Positions 26,299-35,062 of a DNA stretch of 41,035 nt are shown here, one piece after another. The position numbers were made by a program, and so were the translations under genes. The notes beneath the pieces were generated by a model. That model worked only from the letters and a program-made list of their open reading frames with translations, did no database searches and had not been told where the DNA came from. How positions within the stretch are numbered: the stretch's first letter is position 1; every line of letters starts with the position of its first letter. Origin of the DNA: an uncultured Bdellovibrionales bacterium (GTDB lineage: Bacteria; Patescibacteriota; Minisyncoccia; Moranbacterales; UBA1568). The stretch covers positions 1 through 41,035 of the forward strand of contig CAZLQC010000003.1 in the NCBI GenBank assembly GCA_964561695.1, read 5' to 3'.

Positions 26299-29175
26299 GA
26301 AAACCTCTATCAACCAGAAATTATTGAACCAAAATGGCAGGCTTTGTGGGCTGAGCGTAACCTTCATGTTGTTTTAGATACTGTAGAGGGAAAAGAAAAC
26401 TTCTATCAGTTGGTAGAATTTGCCTATCCATCAGGTAACTTACACGTTGGTCACTGGTACGCTTTTGCGGTGCCCGATATTCATGCTCGCTTTGAGCGGA
26501 TGCGTGGTAAGAATGTACTCTATCCTATTGGTTTTGATGCCTTTGGCTTACCAGCTGAGAATGCTGCTATTAAGCGCGGACTCGATCCACGAGTGTGGAC
26601 CTATCAGAATATGGAACACATGAAGATGCAGCTGCAGTCCATGGGAGCCATATTTGATTGGACACGTAGCATAGCTACTTGTGATCCAGAGTACTACCGG
26701 TGGACTCAATGGCTATTTATCCAACTGTTCAAGGCTGGCCTAGTAGAAGAACGAGAAACACTGGCCAATTGGTGTCCACAGGATAAGACAGTTTTGGCCA
26801 ATGAGCAGGTCGTTAATAACACCTGTGAGCGTTGTGGTACTCAGATTGAAAAAAAGACCATGAAGCAGTGGCAACTCCGCATCACCGCCTATGCCGATAG
26901 ACTGATAGATGATCTCGAAGGATTAGACTGGCCCGAGGAGATTAAGACGGCTCAGAAGAATTGGATAGGGAGAAGTGAAGGAGCAGAAATAGATTTTCTT
27001 ATAAAGGACACTCAAGAAACTCTAACCGTTTTCACCACCCGGCCCGATACTCTCTACGGTGTGACCTATATGGTCTTAGCACCAGAGCACCCTTGGGTCA
27101 CACTTGCCTTGCAATATGATCACGAAGTTCTTTCTAATAAGGCAGAAGTGAAAGAGTATGTAGAGGCTGCTAAGAAAAAAACTGAAATAGAACGTACGAA
27201 TACTACCAAAGAAAAAACTGGAGTTCTTCTGGATGGCGTAGTGGTTATTAATCCAGCCACAGGAGAAGAAATTCCTCTCTATGTAGCAGACTACGTACTT
27301 GCTGGTTACGGTACGGGGGCCATTATGGCGGTACCAGGGCACGATGAACGAGACTTTGCATTTGCTAAGAAATTTGGTTTACCTATCAAGAAAGTGCTTG
27401 AGGAATGTCTAGTTACTGAAGGTAGTCGAGATGATGCTTATCGGTCAGAAGAAAAAGTAGAACCAAGAAACGCGGTGGCGACGTGTGTTTATGATCCAAA
27501 GACAGATACTTTTCTAACTATATCGTGGAAAGCTTTTGAGATGCGAGGAGTAGTGACTGGAGGGATAGAGGAAGGAGAAGATATCGAAACTACAGCGAGG
27601 AGAGAAATTCTTGAAGAAGCTGGTTACAAGAATTTGAAACTGGTTTCCATCCCGGAGGTTAATAAGCACACGAAATTTTTTCACCGAGGGAAGAAGGTGA
27701 ATCGTCATGCAACGTGGAGCTTTGCTTTGTTTGAACTGATAGACGATGAGCGACAAGAGATGACTGAAGAAGATAGCGCTCAACATGAGGTGGTTTGGGT
27801 TAAGAGGGAGGCTATTAAAAATTATTTCACCGTAGCAGAGGCGCGTTGGGCAGTGGACTTGTTTGAGCACCAAGAAGAGGGTCCTTTGGTCAGTGGTGAG
27901 GGTCTTCTGGTCCAATCAGGAGAGTTCAATGGATTAGCAAGTGGTGAAGCTCAGGGAAAGATAGTAGAGAGTGTTGGGGGAAGACTCACCAAAACCTATC
28001 GTCTGCGTGACTGGGGAGTCAGTCGTCAGCGCTATTGGGGGTGCCCGATCCCACTCATCGAGTGTGTGGGTTGTGGCTGGCAACCAGTACCAGACGAAAA
28101 CCTGCCAGTAGAACTGCCAGAAGTGGCTGATTATTTGCCAAATGATAATGGCGAAAGTCCGCTTTCTAAGAATGCTCATTTTGTAAACACTGTGTGTCCT
28201 CAATGTGATGAGCCAGCTCGTCGGGAGACTGATACACTGGATACTTTTGTTGATAGCAGTTGGTACTTTCTCCGGTATTGTGATCCAACTAACACAACAG
28301 TATTTGCTGACAAGACAAAGCTGGCTTCTTGGATGCCGATAGACCTCTATAGTGGCGGGGCAGAACATACAACGATGCACCTTCTGTACTCCCGTTTTTT
28401 TCATAAAGCCTTGTATGACCTTGGATTGGTGACAGAAACAGAGCCATATAAGAAGCGCATGAATCGGAGTCTTATCCTAGGCCCTGATGGCAATAAGATG
28501 AGTAAATCTAAGGGCAATGTGATTGATCCGGATGAGTTGGTTACAGAATTGGGTGCCGATACCATTCGCCTATACTTAGCCTTTATCGGACCCTACAATG
28601 AGGTAGGGGCCTATCCATGGAATCCAGAAAGTATTGTGGGGGTGAGGCGGTTTCTGGATCGAGTATGGAAGTTGACCTCTAAAGTCACAGAGAATTTGCC
28701 GAAGGAAAAAATAGTGGAGGCAGATCGTGTCTTACATCAGACACTTTCCAAAGTAGAAGAGAGTATCGGTATCCTCAAGATGAATACCGGAGTAGCAGCG
28801 CTTATGGGGGCAGTCAATATCCTTGAGAGAAACGGTCTAACTCAAGAGCAGTTCAGGCTTTTCCTACAAATCTTAGCACCCTACGCACCACATATAGCCG
28901 AAGAACTTTGGGAGCAGACTGGTGGCACCAGTTCTATCTTTGAGATTCCCTGGCCTACCTTTGATGCTAGTAAAGTAGCAGTAGCCGAAGTAACTCTCAT
29001 GGTACAAATCAACGGTAAAATCCGAGATCAATTCCAAACTCGTCCCGATTTGGACAACAAAGAAGTAGAAAGCCTGGCTCTCGCAAGAGAAAAAGTGCAG
29101 GAAATAATTGGCAGTCAAACAGTGAGTAAGATAATTGTGGTGCCGAATAAATTAGTAAGTATTGTCATCTCATAG
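26296..29175 (+). CDS. leuS: leucine--tRNA ligase with an inserted Nudix hydrolase-like domain (about residues 370-535)
   Basis: HVGH, CP1 editing TTRPDTLYGVTY, AVPGHDERDFAFAKKFGLPI, LRDWGVSRQRYWG, KMSKSKGN. Nudix box GGIEEGEDIETTARREILEEAGY at 27559-27627. Confidence 0.97.
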   Translation: MENLYQPEIIEPKWQALWAERNLHVVLDTVEGKENFYQLVEFAYPSGNLHVGHWYAFAVPDIHARFERMRGKNVLYPIGFDAFGLPAENAAIKRGLDPRVWTYQNMEHMKMQLQSMGAIFDWTRSIATCDPEYYRWTQWLFIQLFKAGLVEERETLANWCPQDKTVLANEQVVNNTCERCGTQIEKKTMKQWQLRITAYADRLIDDLEGLDWPEEIKTAQKNWIGRSEGAEIDFLIKDTQETLTVFTTRPDTLYGVTYMVLAPEHPWVTLALQYDHEVLSNKAEVKEYVEAAKKKTEIERTNTTKEKTGVLLDGVVVINPATGEEIPLYVADYVLAGYGTGAIMAVPGHDERDFAFAKKFGLPIKKVLEECLVTEGSRDDAYRSEEKVEPRNAVATCVYDPKTDTFLTISWKAFEMRGVVTGGIEEGEDIETTARREILEEAGYKNLKLVSIPEVNKHTKFFHRGKKVNRHATWSFALFELIDDERQEMTEEDSAQHEVVWVKREAIKNYFTVAEARWAVDLFEHQEEGPLVSGEGLLVQSGEFNGLASGEAQGKIVESVGGRLTKTYRLRDWGVSRQRYWGCPIPLIECVGCGWQPVPDENLPVELPEVADYLPNDNGESPLSKNAHFVNTVCPQCDEPARRETDTLDTFVDSSWYFLRYCDPTNTTVFADKTKLASWMPIDLYSGGAEHTTMHLLYSRFFHKALYDLGLVTETEPYKKRMNRSLILGPDGNKMSKSKGNVIDPDELVTELGADTIRLYLAFIGPYNEVGAYPWNPESIVGVRRFLDRVWKLTSKVTENLPKEKIVEADRVLHQTLSKVEESIGILKMNTGVAALMGAVNILERNGLTQEQFRLFLQILAPYAPHIAEELWEQTGGTSSIFEIPWPTFDASKVAVAEVTLMVQINGKIRDQFQTRPDLDNKEVESLALAREKVQEIIGSQTVSKIIVVPNKLVSIVIS

Positions 29176-29178
29176 TCT

Positions 29179-29871
29179 ATGCAAGCAGTAATTCTCGCAG
29201 CAGGACTTGGTACACGAATGCGTGAACTCTGTCATGATTGTCCGAAGCCCATGGTTAGAATTCTCGGTAAGCCTCTCTTGGAGTGGCGTTTGGAAACACT
29301 CCCGAGTGATATAGATGAGGTAATTCTGGTAGTGGGATACCTGCAAGAACAAATCCGTGAATATTTTGGTACTGAGTGGCAGGGCAAGAAGATAATCTAT
29401 GTTACTCAGGAAGTTTTGAATGGTTCAGGTGGAGCCGTACAACTGGTAGAGCCGTATGTAAAAGGACCTCTCTTGGTGACTATGGGAGACGATCTCTATC
29501 ACCCGCTGGATCTTCAGGAGTTTTTGATGGTACCTGAAAACGAAGGTGCTATTGGGGGTCTCTACGTAGACAATGCCCAACCCTTTGGTCTTCTTGGCAC
29601 TGACCCAGATGGGAAGCTTGTATCTGTCATAGAGCGTCCGCATGACCATGAGACGGGAGACGTCTGTGTGGGAGCCTATGTATTACCGCGAGAGTTCTTT
29701 TCTTATCCACTTGTTCAGATTACTGAAAAAGAATTTGGTCTTCCACAAACCGTAGTAGTAATGGCTAAAGAGGTACCGACAGCTGTGAAAAAAGTACGAG
29801 CCTGGCAACCAGTCGGGAGCCCCGAAGATATTCCCAAGGCCGAAGCCTTTATTCAGAAGTATTTTATGTAG
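29179..29871 (+). CDS. sugar-phosphate nucleotidyltransferase (NTP_transferase family)
   Basis: MQAVILAAGLGTRMRELCHDCPKPMVRILGKPLL matches the GxGxR(x)nK signature. Confidence 0.85.
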   Translation: MQAVILAAGLGTRMRELCHDCPKPMVRILGKPLLEWRLETLPSDIDEVILVVGYLQEQIREYFGTEWQGKKIIYVTQEVLNGSGGAVQLVEPYVKGPLLVTMGDDLYHPLDLQEFLMVPENEGAIGGLYVDNAQPFGLLGTDPDGKLVSVIERPHDHETGDVCVGAYVLPREFFSYPLVQITEKEFGLPQTVVVMAKEVPTAVKKVRAWQPVGSPEDIPKAEAFIQKYFM

Positions 29872-29874
29872 AGT

Positions 29875-30510
29875 ATGTATATCTATCTCGATTTTGATGA
29901 CACCTTGATCGCGAGCCGTATTTTTTACAATGAGTATTACCGACCACTTCTGGTAGCTCGAGGCAGCACGGAAAGAGAAATTGAGAAAAGCTATACATTT
30001 TTTACCAATGGTGTGACTCGTTCTGGGGGAGAGTTATTTACTCCAAGACGACAGATGGAGATTCTTGGTTGGCGAGAAAGTGTGAAGGAAGAATCCTTAG
30101 GGGAGATAGAGAATCTGTTACGAGAAAAACGCGGGTTTATTTTTCCTGAAGTAGTGGCTGTTTTGACAGAGCTTAAACAACGAGGTGCCTACCTCATACT
30201 CCTTACCTTTGGACATCCAGAATTTCAAAAACAAAAATTGATTGCGAGTGGGATGGGACATTTTTTTGATGAAGTGATTATAACCAATGAAAATAAAGCC
30301 AATCTCTTACGAGCGGCTGCAGCTGAAATAAAAGAACCAATATTTTTTGTTGATGATCGGAGGCAGTATATGACAGAGCTCCAAAATGATGATGGTATAG
30401 TGACCATACACATGAATCGGCCGGAAATTGGAGCAGAGTGTCCTGATAAGAAATGTGGTGCGAGACATGAGATAGAAAACTTACATGAGTTACTCGCCTT
30501 TATTCACTAA
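29875..30510 (+). CDS. HAD superfamily hydrolase
   Basis: N-terminal IYLDFDDTL (DxDxT motif I) and a late FFVDDR (motif IV-like). Confidence 0.75.
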   Translation: MYIYLDFDDTLIASRIFYNEYYRPLLVARGSTEREIEKSYTFFTNGVTRSGGELFTPRRQMEILGWRESVKEESLGEIENLLREKRGFIFPEVVAVLTELKQRGAYLILLTFGHPEFQKQKLIASGMGHFFDEVIITNENKANLLRAAAAEIKEPIFFVDDRRQYMTELQNDDGIVTIHMNRPEIGAECPDKKCGARHEIENLHELLAFIH

Positions 30511-30519
30511 AACAATTCT

Positions 30520-32379
30520 ATGTGTGGCATCATCGGCTATATAGGGAAGCGAGAAGCTAAAGACTTACTGTTGGAAGGCTTGAAACGACTTGAGTATCGT
30601 GGCTATGATAGTGCGGGTATGGCCATAGTTCAAAATAAAAATTCAAATATAAAAAATAAAAGATCAGCTAAGATACAGGTGGTGAAAGCGCTAGGTAAGG
30701 TAGCTAACCTGGAAGAAAAGCTCGAGAAAGTAAGCGTAGTGGGTAATGTTGGCATTGCCCATACTCGTTGGGCCACTCATGGAAAGCCGAGCGAGAAAAA
30801 CGCTCATCCACACCTGGATACTAGTAGGGGAATCGCGTTGGTTCATAATGGCATTATCGAAAACTACGCTCTCTTGAAGATGGATCTTGAGAAGAAAGGA
30901 ATTGTTTTTCGTTCAGATACAGATAGTGAAGTTATCGTGCATTTGTTGCGAGAATCTATCCAGGTAGGTATGAGTTTTGAGGAAGCTTTTCGCTTGACTT
31001 TGGGTAAACTCAAAGGTACTTATGGGATAGCGGTGGTGAATCAGGCTGAACCTGAACGTTTATTGGTGGCTCGGATGGGAAGTCCTTTGGTTATTGGAGT
31101 TGGTAAGGATGAGTGGTTTGTGGCATCAGATGTTTCACCACTTCTTCCTCATACTAGGCGGGTGGTCTACCTTGAAGATGGTGAGTATGCCGTGCTGACG
31201 CCTAGTGGCTATACGGTACACGCCCGTGGCAAAATCAGTAAAAAAGAAGTGGTAGATGTGGAATGGTCTGAGACAGAAGCCAAACGAGATGGCTACCCCC
31301 ACTTCATGTTGAAGGAAATTTATGAACAACCACGAGCATTAGAAGATGCTATGCGAGGGAGGTTGCTCGTGACTGAGGGATCTGCTCGCTTGGGCGGACT
31401 CCGAGAAGTAGAGAAGCGTCTTGCGACAATAAAGAGGATTATTCTCATATCATGCGGGACGTCGTACCATGCCAGTCTGGTGGGGGAGTATATGCTGGAA
31501 GAGTTTGCGGGAATCCCGTGCGAGGTAGAGTTTGCTTCTGAATTTCGTTATCGCAAACTCCTGATTGATAAACATACGGCTGTCATAGCACTTTCCCAGT
31601 CTGGCGAGACTGCTGATACACTGGCAGCCATCCGTGAAGCCAAACGTCAGGGGGCTCTGGTATTGGGAATTGTGAATACAGTAGGCTCTACTATTGCCCG
31701 GGAAACTCATGCCGGTATTTACAATCATGCGGGCCGTGAGGTCAGTGTAGCCTCGACTAAGGCATTCACCTCACAACTAGGTGTTCTCGCTCTCCTGACC
31801 CTATTTTTGGGACGGAGAAGGGGGCTCTCGCTCACCGATGGCAAGAAGATTACGCGTGCTCTTGAGCAGTTGCCAAAACTGATGGAACAGGTCCTTGTGA
31901 GCGGTAAGGATATGAAGCAATTAGCCAAGAAATTCAGAGGCCGTAAGAATTACCTTTTTCTGGGACGTAAGTACAATTTCCCCATTGCTTTTGAGGGAGC
32001 GCTCAAGATCAAAGAGATCGCCTATGTTTCTGCCGAGGGCTACGCCACTGGCGAGATGAAGCATGGACCGATAGCACTGGTGGACCAAGATTCTCTTTCG
32101 ATAGTAGTGGTACCTGAGGACAGCGTGTATGAGAAAAACCTTTCGGGACTTGAAGAAATCAAAGCTCGTGGTGGAGCCGTGCTAGCTATTACCACCAAGG
32201 GGAATACCAGTATAGCCAAGAAGGCAGATGCAGTAGTGTATATCCCAAAGACTATCGAGATGCTCACACCACTCCTCTCTATCATCCCACTCCAACTTTT
32301 TGCCTACTACATGAGTGTTGAGCTTGGCTATGATGTTGATAAACCTCGAAATCTCGCCAAAAGTGTCACAGTTGAGTAA
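30520..32379 (+). CDS. glmS: glutamine--fructose-6-phosphate aminotransferase
   Basis: N-terminal MCGIIGY (Cys nucleophile), two SIS domains, and C-terminal DKPRNLAKSVTVE. Confidence 0.98.
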   Translation: MCGIIGYIGKREAKDLLLEGLKRLEYRGYDSAGMAIVQNKNSNIKNKRSAKIQVVKALGKVANLEEKLEKVSVVGNVGIAHTRWATHGKPSEKNAHPHLDTSRGIALVHNGIIENYALLKMDLEKKGIVFRSDTDSEVIVHLLRESIQVGMSFEEAFRLTLGKLKGTYGIAVVNQAEPERLLVARMGSPLVIGVGKDEWFVASDVSPLLPHTRRVVYLEDGEYAVLTPSGYTVHARGKISKKEVVDVEWSETEAKRDGYPHFMLKEIYEQPRALEDAMRGRLLVTEGSARLGGLREVEKRLATIKRIILISCGTSYHASLVGEYMLEEFAGIPCEVEFASEFRYRKLLIDKHTAVIALSQSGETADTLAAIREAKRQGALVLGIVNTVGSTIARETHAGIYNHAGREVSVASTKAFTSQLGVLALLTLFLGRRRGLSLTDGKKITRALEQLPKLMEQVLVSGKDMKQLAKKFRGRKNYLFLGRKYNFPIAFEGALKIKEIAYVSAEGYATGEMKHGPIALVDQDSLSIVVVPEDSVYEKNLSGLEEIKARGGAVLAITTKGNTSIAKKADAVVYIPKTIEMLTPLLSIIPLQLFAYYMSVELGYDVDKPRNLAKSVTVE

Positions 32380-32428
32380 AATTTACCATGTGGTAGGGTA
32401 TTGAAGCGCAGGAATAAGGAGAGAATTC

Positions 32429-32614
32429 ATGGCCTGTTTGTATTCGCCAGGTATTGTCGATCTCATTGATGAACGTTGGGCCACATACCCGTATACCCGA
32501 GCTGATGTGGTCGATATGGTAGCTCGTATTTGCCGACCATCATCAGAGCCTTCGGGCGAAGTGACAGATTGGGAGCGAGTTCATGCAGAAGCGTTGCTCG
32601 CGGCTTGTGATTAA
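32429..32614 (+). CDS. hypothetical small acidic protein (61 aa)
   Basis: Strong SD AAGGAGAG 6 nt upstream of the ATG. Followed by a hairpin and T-run. No homology recognised. Confidence 0.45.
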   Translation: MACLYSPGIVDLIDERWATYPYTRADVVDMVARICRPSSEPSGEVTDWERVHAEALLAACD

Positions 32615-32656
32615 ATGATGATTTCCAGTGTGAATCATTCAATTTCCCCACCTTTG

Positions 32657-32697
32657 ATCGCGTCAATACCCAACGGTAAGGGCGCGATTTTTCTTTG
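32657..32697 (+). terminator. possible intrinsic terminator after the 61-aa ORF
   Basis: ATCGCG...CCC-AACGGTAA-GGGCGCGAT followed by TTTTTCTTT. Confidence 0.45.
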
Positions 32698-32751
32698 TCA
32701 GAAGTCATTTCTGATGCTAGAATAAGCACATTCTTGCTTTAATGGAACCAC

Positions 32752-33426
32752 ATGCGAACGACGATTACTGATTATTTGCCACTGGATCGACCACTGATTA
32801 TCTTTGATCTTGAGACGACCGGGCTCTCTACTTCTGAGGACAAGATTCTCGAGATTGCCTACGAGAAAATCATGCCCAATGGTGAAATAATCGCTGAAGT
32901 TTTGCGGATCAATCCAGGCATGCCTATCCCTGAAGTGGCTACCAAAATCAACGGTATCAGTGATGCTGATGTAGCAGACTGCCCGAGTTTTGCGACGCTG
33001 GCTTTTGGCCTCTGGAACACCTTTGATGGAGCTGATGTCGGAGGATTCAATATCACCGGTTTTGATTTACCATTTCTCCGTAATACCTTTGCCAGTGTGG
33101 GTAAGACTTTTGACTTTAGTCAGAAGAAAATTCTTGATGCCAAGATTCTCTACCACTCCAAAGAGCCGAGAGATATGTTCAAGCCGCGTAATCTAACCGC
33201 TGCGTACAAACTTTACTGTGGCAAAGAACATACTCATGCTCACTCAGGGGCTGCCGATGTGCGGGTGACGGTGGAGATTATAGAAGAAATTCTGAAGCGT
33301 TATCCAGAGCTACGGAGCTGGGATGTCATTCATGAGCTTCACGGCAACAAAGCACTTCTTGAATCAGCTAAGACAGAACACGCGCCCGTGTTGACTCTCG
33401 ATAAGTTACCCGGAGCCCTCTTCTAG
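32752..33426 (+). CDS. DEDDh 3'-5' exonuclease (DnaQ/epsilon-like domain protein)
   Basis: Exo I IIFDLETTGL, Exo II GFNITGFDLPFL, and Exo III HSGAADV. Confidence 0.85.
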   Translation: MRTTITDYLPLDRPLIIFDLETTGLSTSEDKILEIAYEKIMPNGEIIAEVLRINPGMPIPEVATKINGISDADVADCPSFATLAFGLWNTFDGADVGGFNITGFDLPFLRNTFASVGKTFDFSQKKILDAKILYHSKEPRDMFKPRNLTAAYKLYCGKEHTHAHSGAADVRVTVEIIEEILKRYPELRSWDVIHELHGNKALLESAKTEHAPVLTLDKLPGALF

Positions 33427-33444
33427 ATCCAATAAAAGTAGAGT

Positions 33445-34212
33445 ATGAATTTTTTTGATGCGGTTATTCTTGGGATAGTAGAAGGACTGACAGAATTCCT
33501 GCCGGTTTCTTCGACTGGGCATCTTATTCTAGCTTCAAAACTCCTTGGTCTCTCATACACAGAGTTCCTTTCAACTTTTGAGGTGGTGATTCAGTTGGGT
33601 GCCATCCTTGCGGTAGTGACTTTGTATTCCAAGCGCTTTCTTCTTGATTGGGATATGAATAAGAAGCTCATCGTCGGAGTACTTCCAGCTATTGTGGTGG
33701 GGGCTTTTTTCTACCCGTTTATCAAGTCGCTTTTTGCAGCACCGACCGTAGTGGCTTGGGCTTTGATCTTAGGAGGTCTAGCTATCCTCATCATTGAACA
33801 TTTCCAAGCCAAAAAAGCCAAAACCATTACCTCGCTTGATCATATTACCTATCGTACCGCTTTCTCTATCGGCCTTTTTCAGGCCCTGGCTGTTATTCCT
33901 GGAGTCTCTCGGGCAGGAGCCACTATCCTTGGAGGGCTGATTATTGGCATGGAGCGGAGTGTAATTGTGGAATTTTCTTTCTTATTGGCGGTGCCGACTA
34001 TGATAGCGGCTACTGCGAAAGATCTCTACGAAAATAGTGGAGCTTTGGTGAATGCTAATGGAGGGATGCTTGTTCTTGGTTTTCTCATCGCGTATCTGGT
34101 AGCTATGGTAGCTATCAAATTTCTCATTCGTTTTGTGCAAACTCATACCTTTGCTCCTTTCGGCTACTACCGAATTCTTGTCGGTATTCTTTTCTTACTT
34201 TTTATACTCTAA
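33445..34212 (+). CDS. uppP: undecaprenyl-diphosphate phosphatase
   Basis: VEGLTEFLPVSSTGHLIL, PGVSRAGATI, and multiple TM helices. Confidence 0.95.
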   Translation: MNFFDAVILGIVEGLTEFLPVSSTGHLILASKLLGLSYTEFLSTFEVVIQLGAILAVVTLYSKRFLLDWDMNKKLIVGVLPAIVVGAFFYPFIKSLFAAPTVVAWALILGGLAILIIEHFQAKKAKTITSLDHITYRTAFSIGLFQALAVIPGVSRAGATILGGLIIGMERSVIVEFSFLLAVPTMIAATAKDLYENSGALVNANGGMLVLGFLIAYLVAMVAIKFLIRFVQTHTFAPFGYYRILVGILFLLFIL

Positions 34213-34215
34213 GTC

Positions 34216-35052
34216 ATGTTGCTTTCCGGAACTCTTGTTGCTGAAAAAATACTAAACGCAACTCAGTTGCGTATACAAAAGAGTCAATTGACCCCAGGAA
34301 TAGGGGTTATTTTGGTAGGAGATGATGCGCCCTCACACCTATATGTAGGCATCAAAGAAAAAAAAGCCAAGGAGCTCGGCATTCATTTTAGCAAAAAAGT
34401 CTTTCCTTCAAATATAACTGAAGAAGAAGTCATTACTGCTATACAGGAGTGGAACGAGACACCTCATATCCATGGCATTATTGTACAGTTGCCATTACCA
34501 AATCATCTCGATACTGACCGAATTATTGCTTTTATAGAGCCATCTAAAGACACAGATGGCTTTCATCCAGAAACGATTAAGAAATTTTTGGAAGGTGATA
34601 GAGAACGTCTGCCAGTGTTTCCGCGAGCCATGATAGAGCTTGTACGATCAGCTCCAGAGGTTTCTCGTAAAACCGGACTGGCTCTGGTAGATTCTACCTT
34701 GATGGGGGAGGTACTTGAGAAAGCGCTTCAGGATGAGGGGCTAGATGCACAGTATATTTTGAAACAAGAGACGGAAAAAATACGGAATGCTATCAAAGAA
34801 GCTGATGTCATACTCTCGGCGAGTGGTGATGCTAGTTCACTCTCAACCTTTGATTGTAAGAAGGGTGCAGTGATTATCGATGGAGGAATTACTTATGATG
34901 AGAAGGGGAGAGTGATAGGTGATGTCACTCGTGATGATGGTGTATATCGTGAAGATATCTGGGTCACCACCGTACCTGGTGGGGTGGGTCCGGTGACGGT
35001 GGCTGTTCTTTTGGCTCGAGTGACCGAAGCTGCCTTGAGGGAGAACCTATAG
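34216..35052 (+). CDS. folD: bifunctional methylenetetrahydrofolate dehydrogenase/cyclohydrolase
   Basis: GVILVGDDAPSHLYVGIKEKKAKELGI, GIIVQLPLP, PGGVGPVTVAVLL. Confidence 0.93.
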   Translation: MLLSGTLVAEKILNATQLRIQKSQLTPGIGVILVGDDAPSHLYVGIKEKKAKELGIHFSKKVFPSNITEEEVITAIQEWNETPHIHGIIVQLPLPNHLDTDRIIAFIEPSKDTDGFHPETIKKFLEGDRERLPVFPRAMIELVRSAPEVSRKTGLALVDSTLMGEVLEKALQDEGLDAQYILKQETEKIRNAIKEADVILSASGDASSLSTFDCKKGAVIIDGGITYDEKGRVIGDVTRDDGVYREDIWVTTVPGGVGPVTVAVLLARVTEAALRENL

Positions 35053-35062
35053 GGATAAATAT

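Noticed and set aside
30511-30519. glmS ribozyme upstream of glmS.
   Set aside because: Only 9 nt separate the HAD gene stop from the glmS start, which leaves no room for the roughly 170-nt ribozyme.
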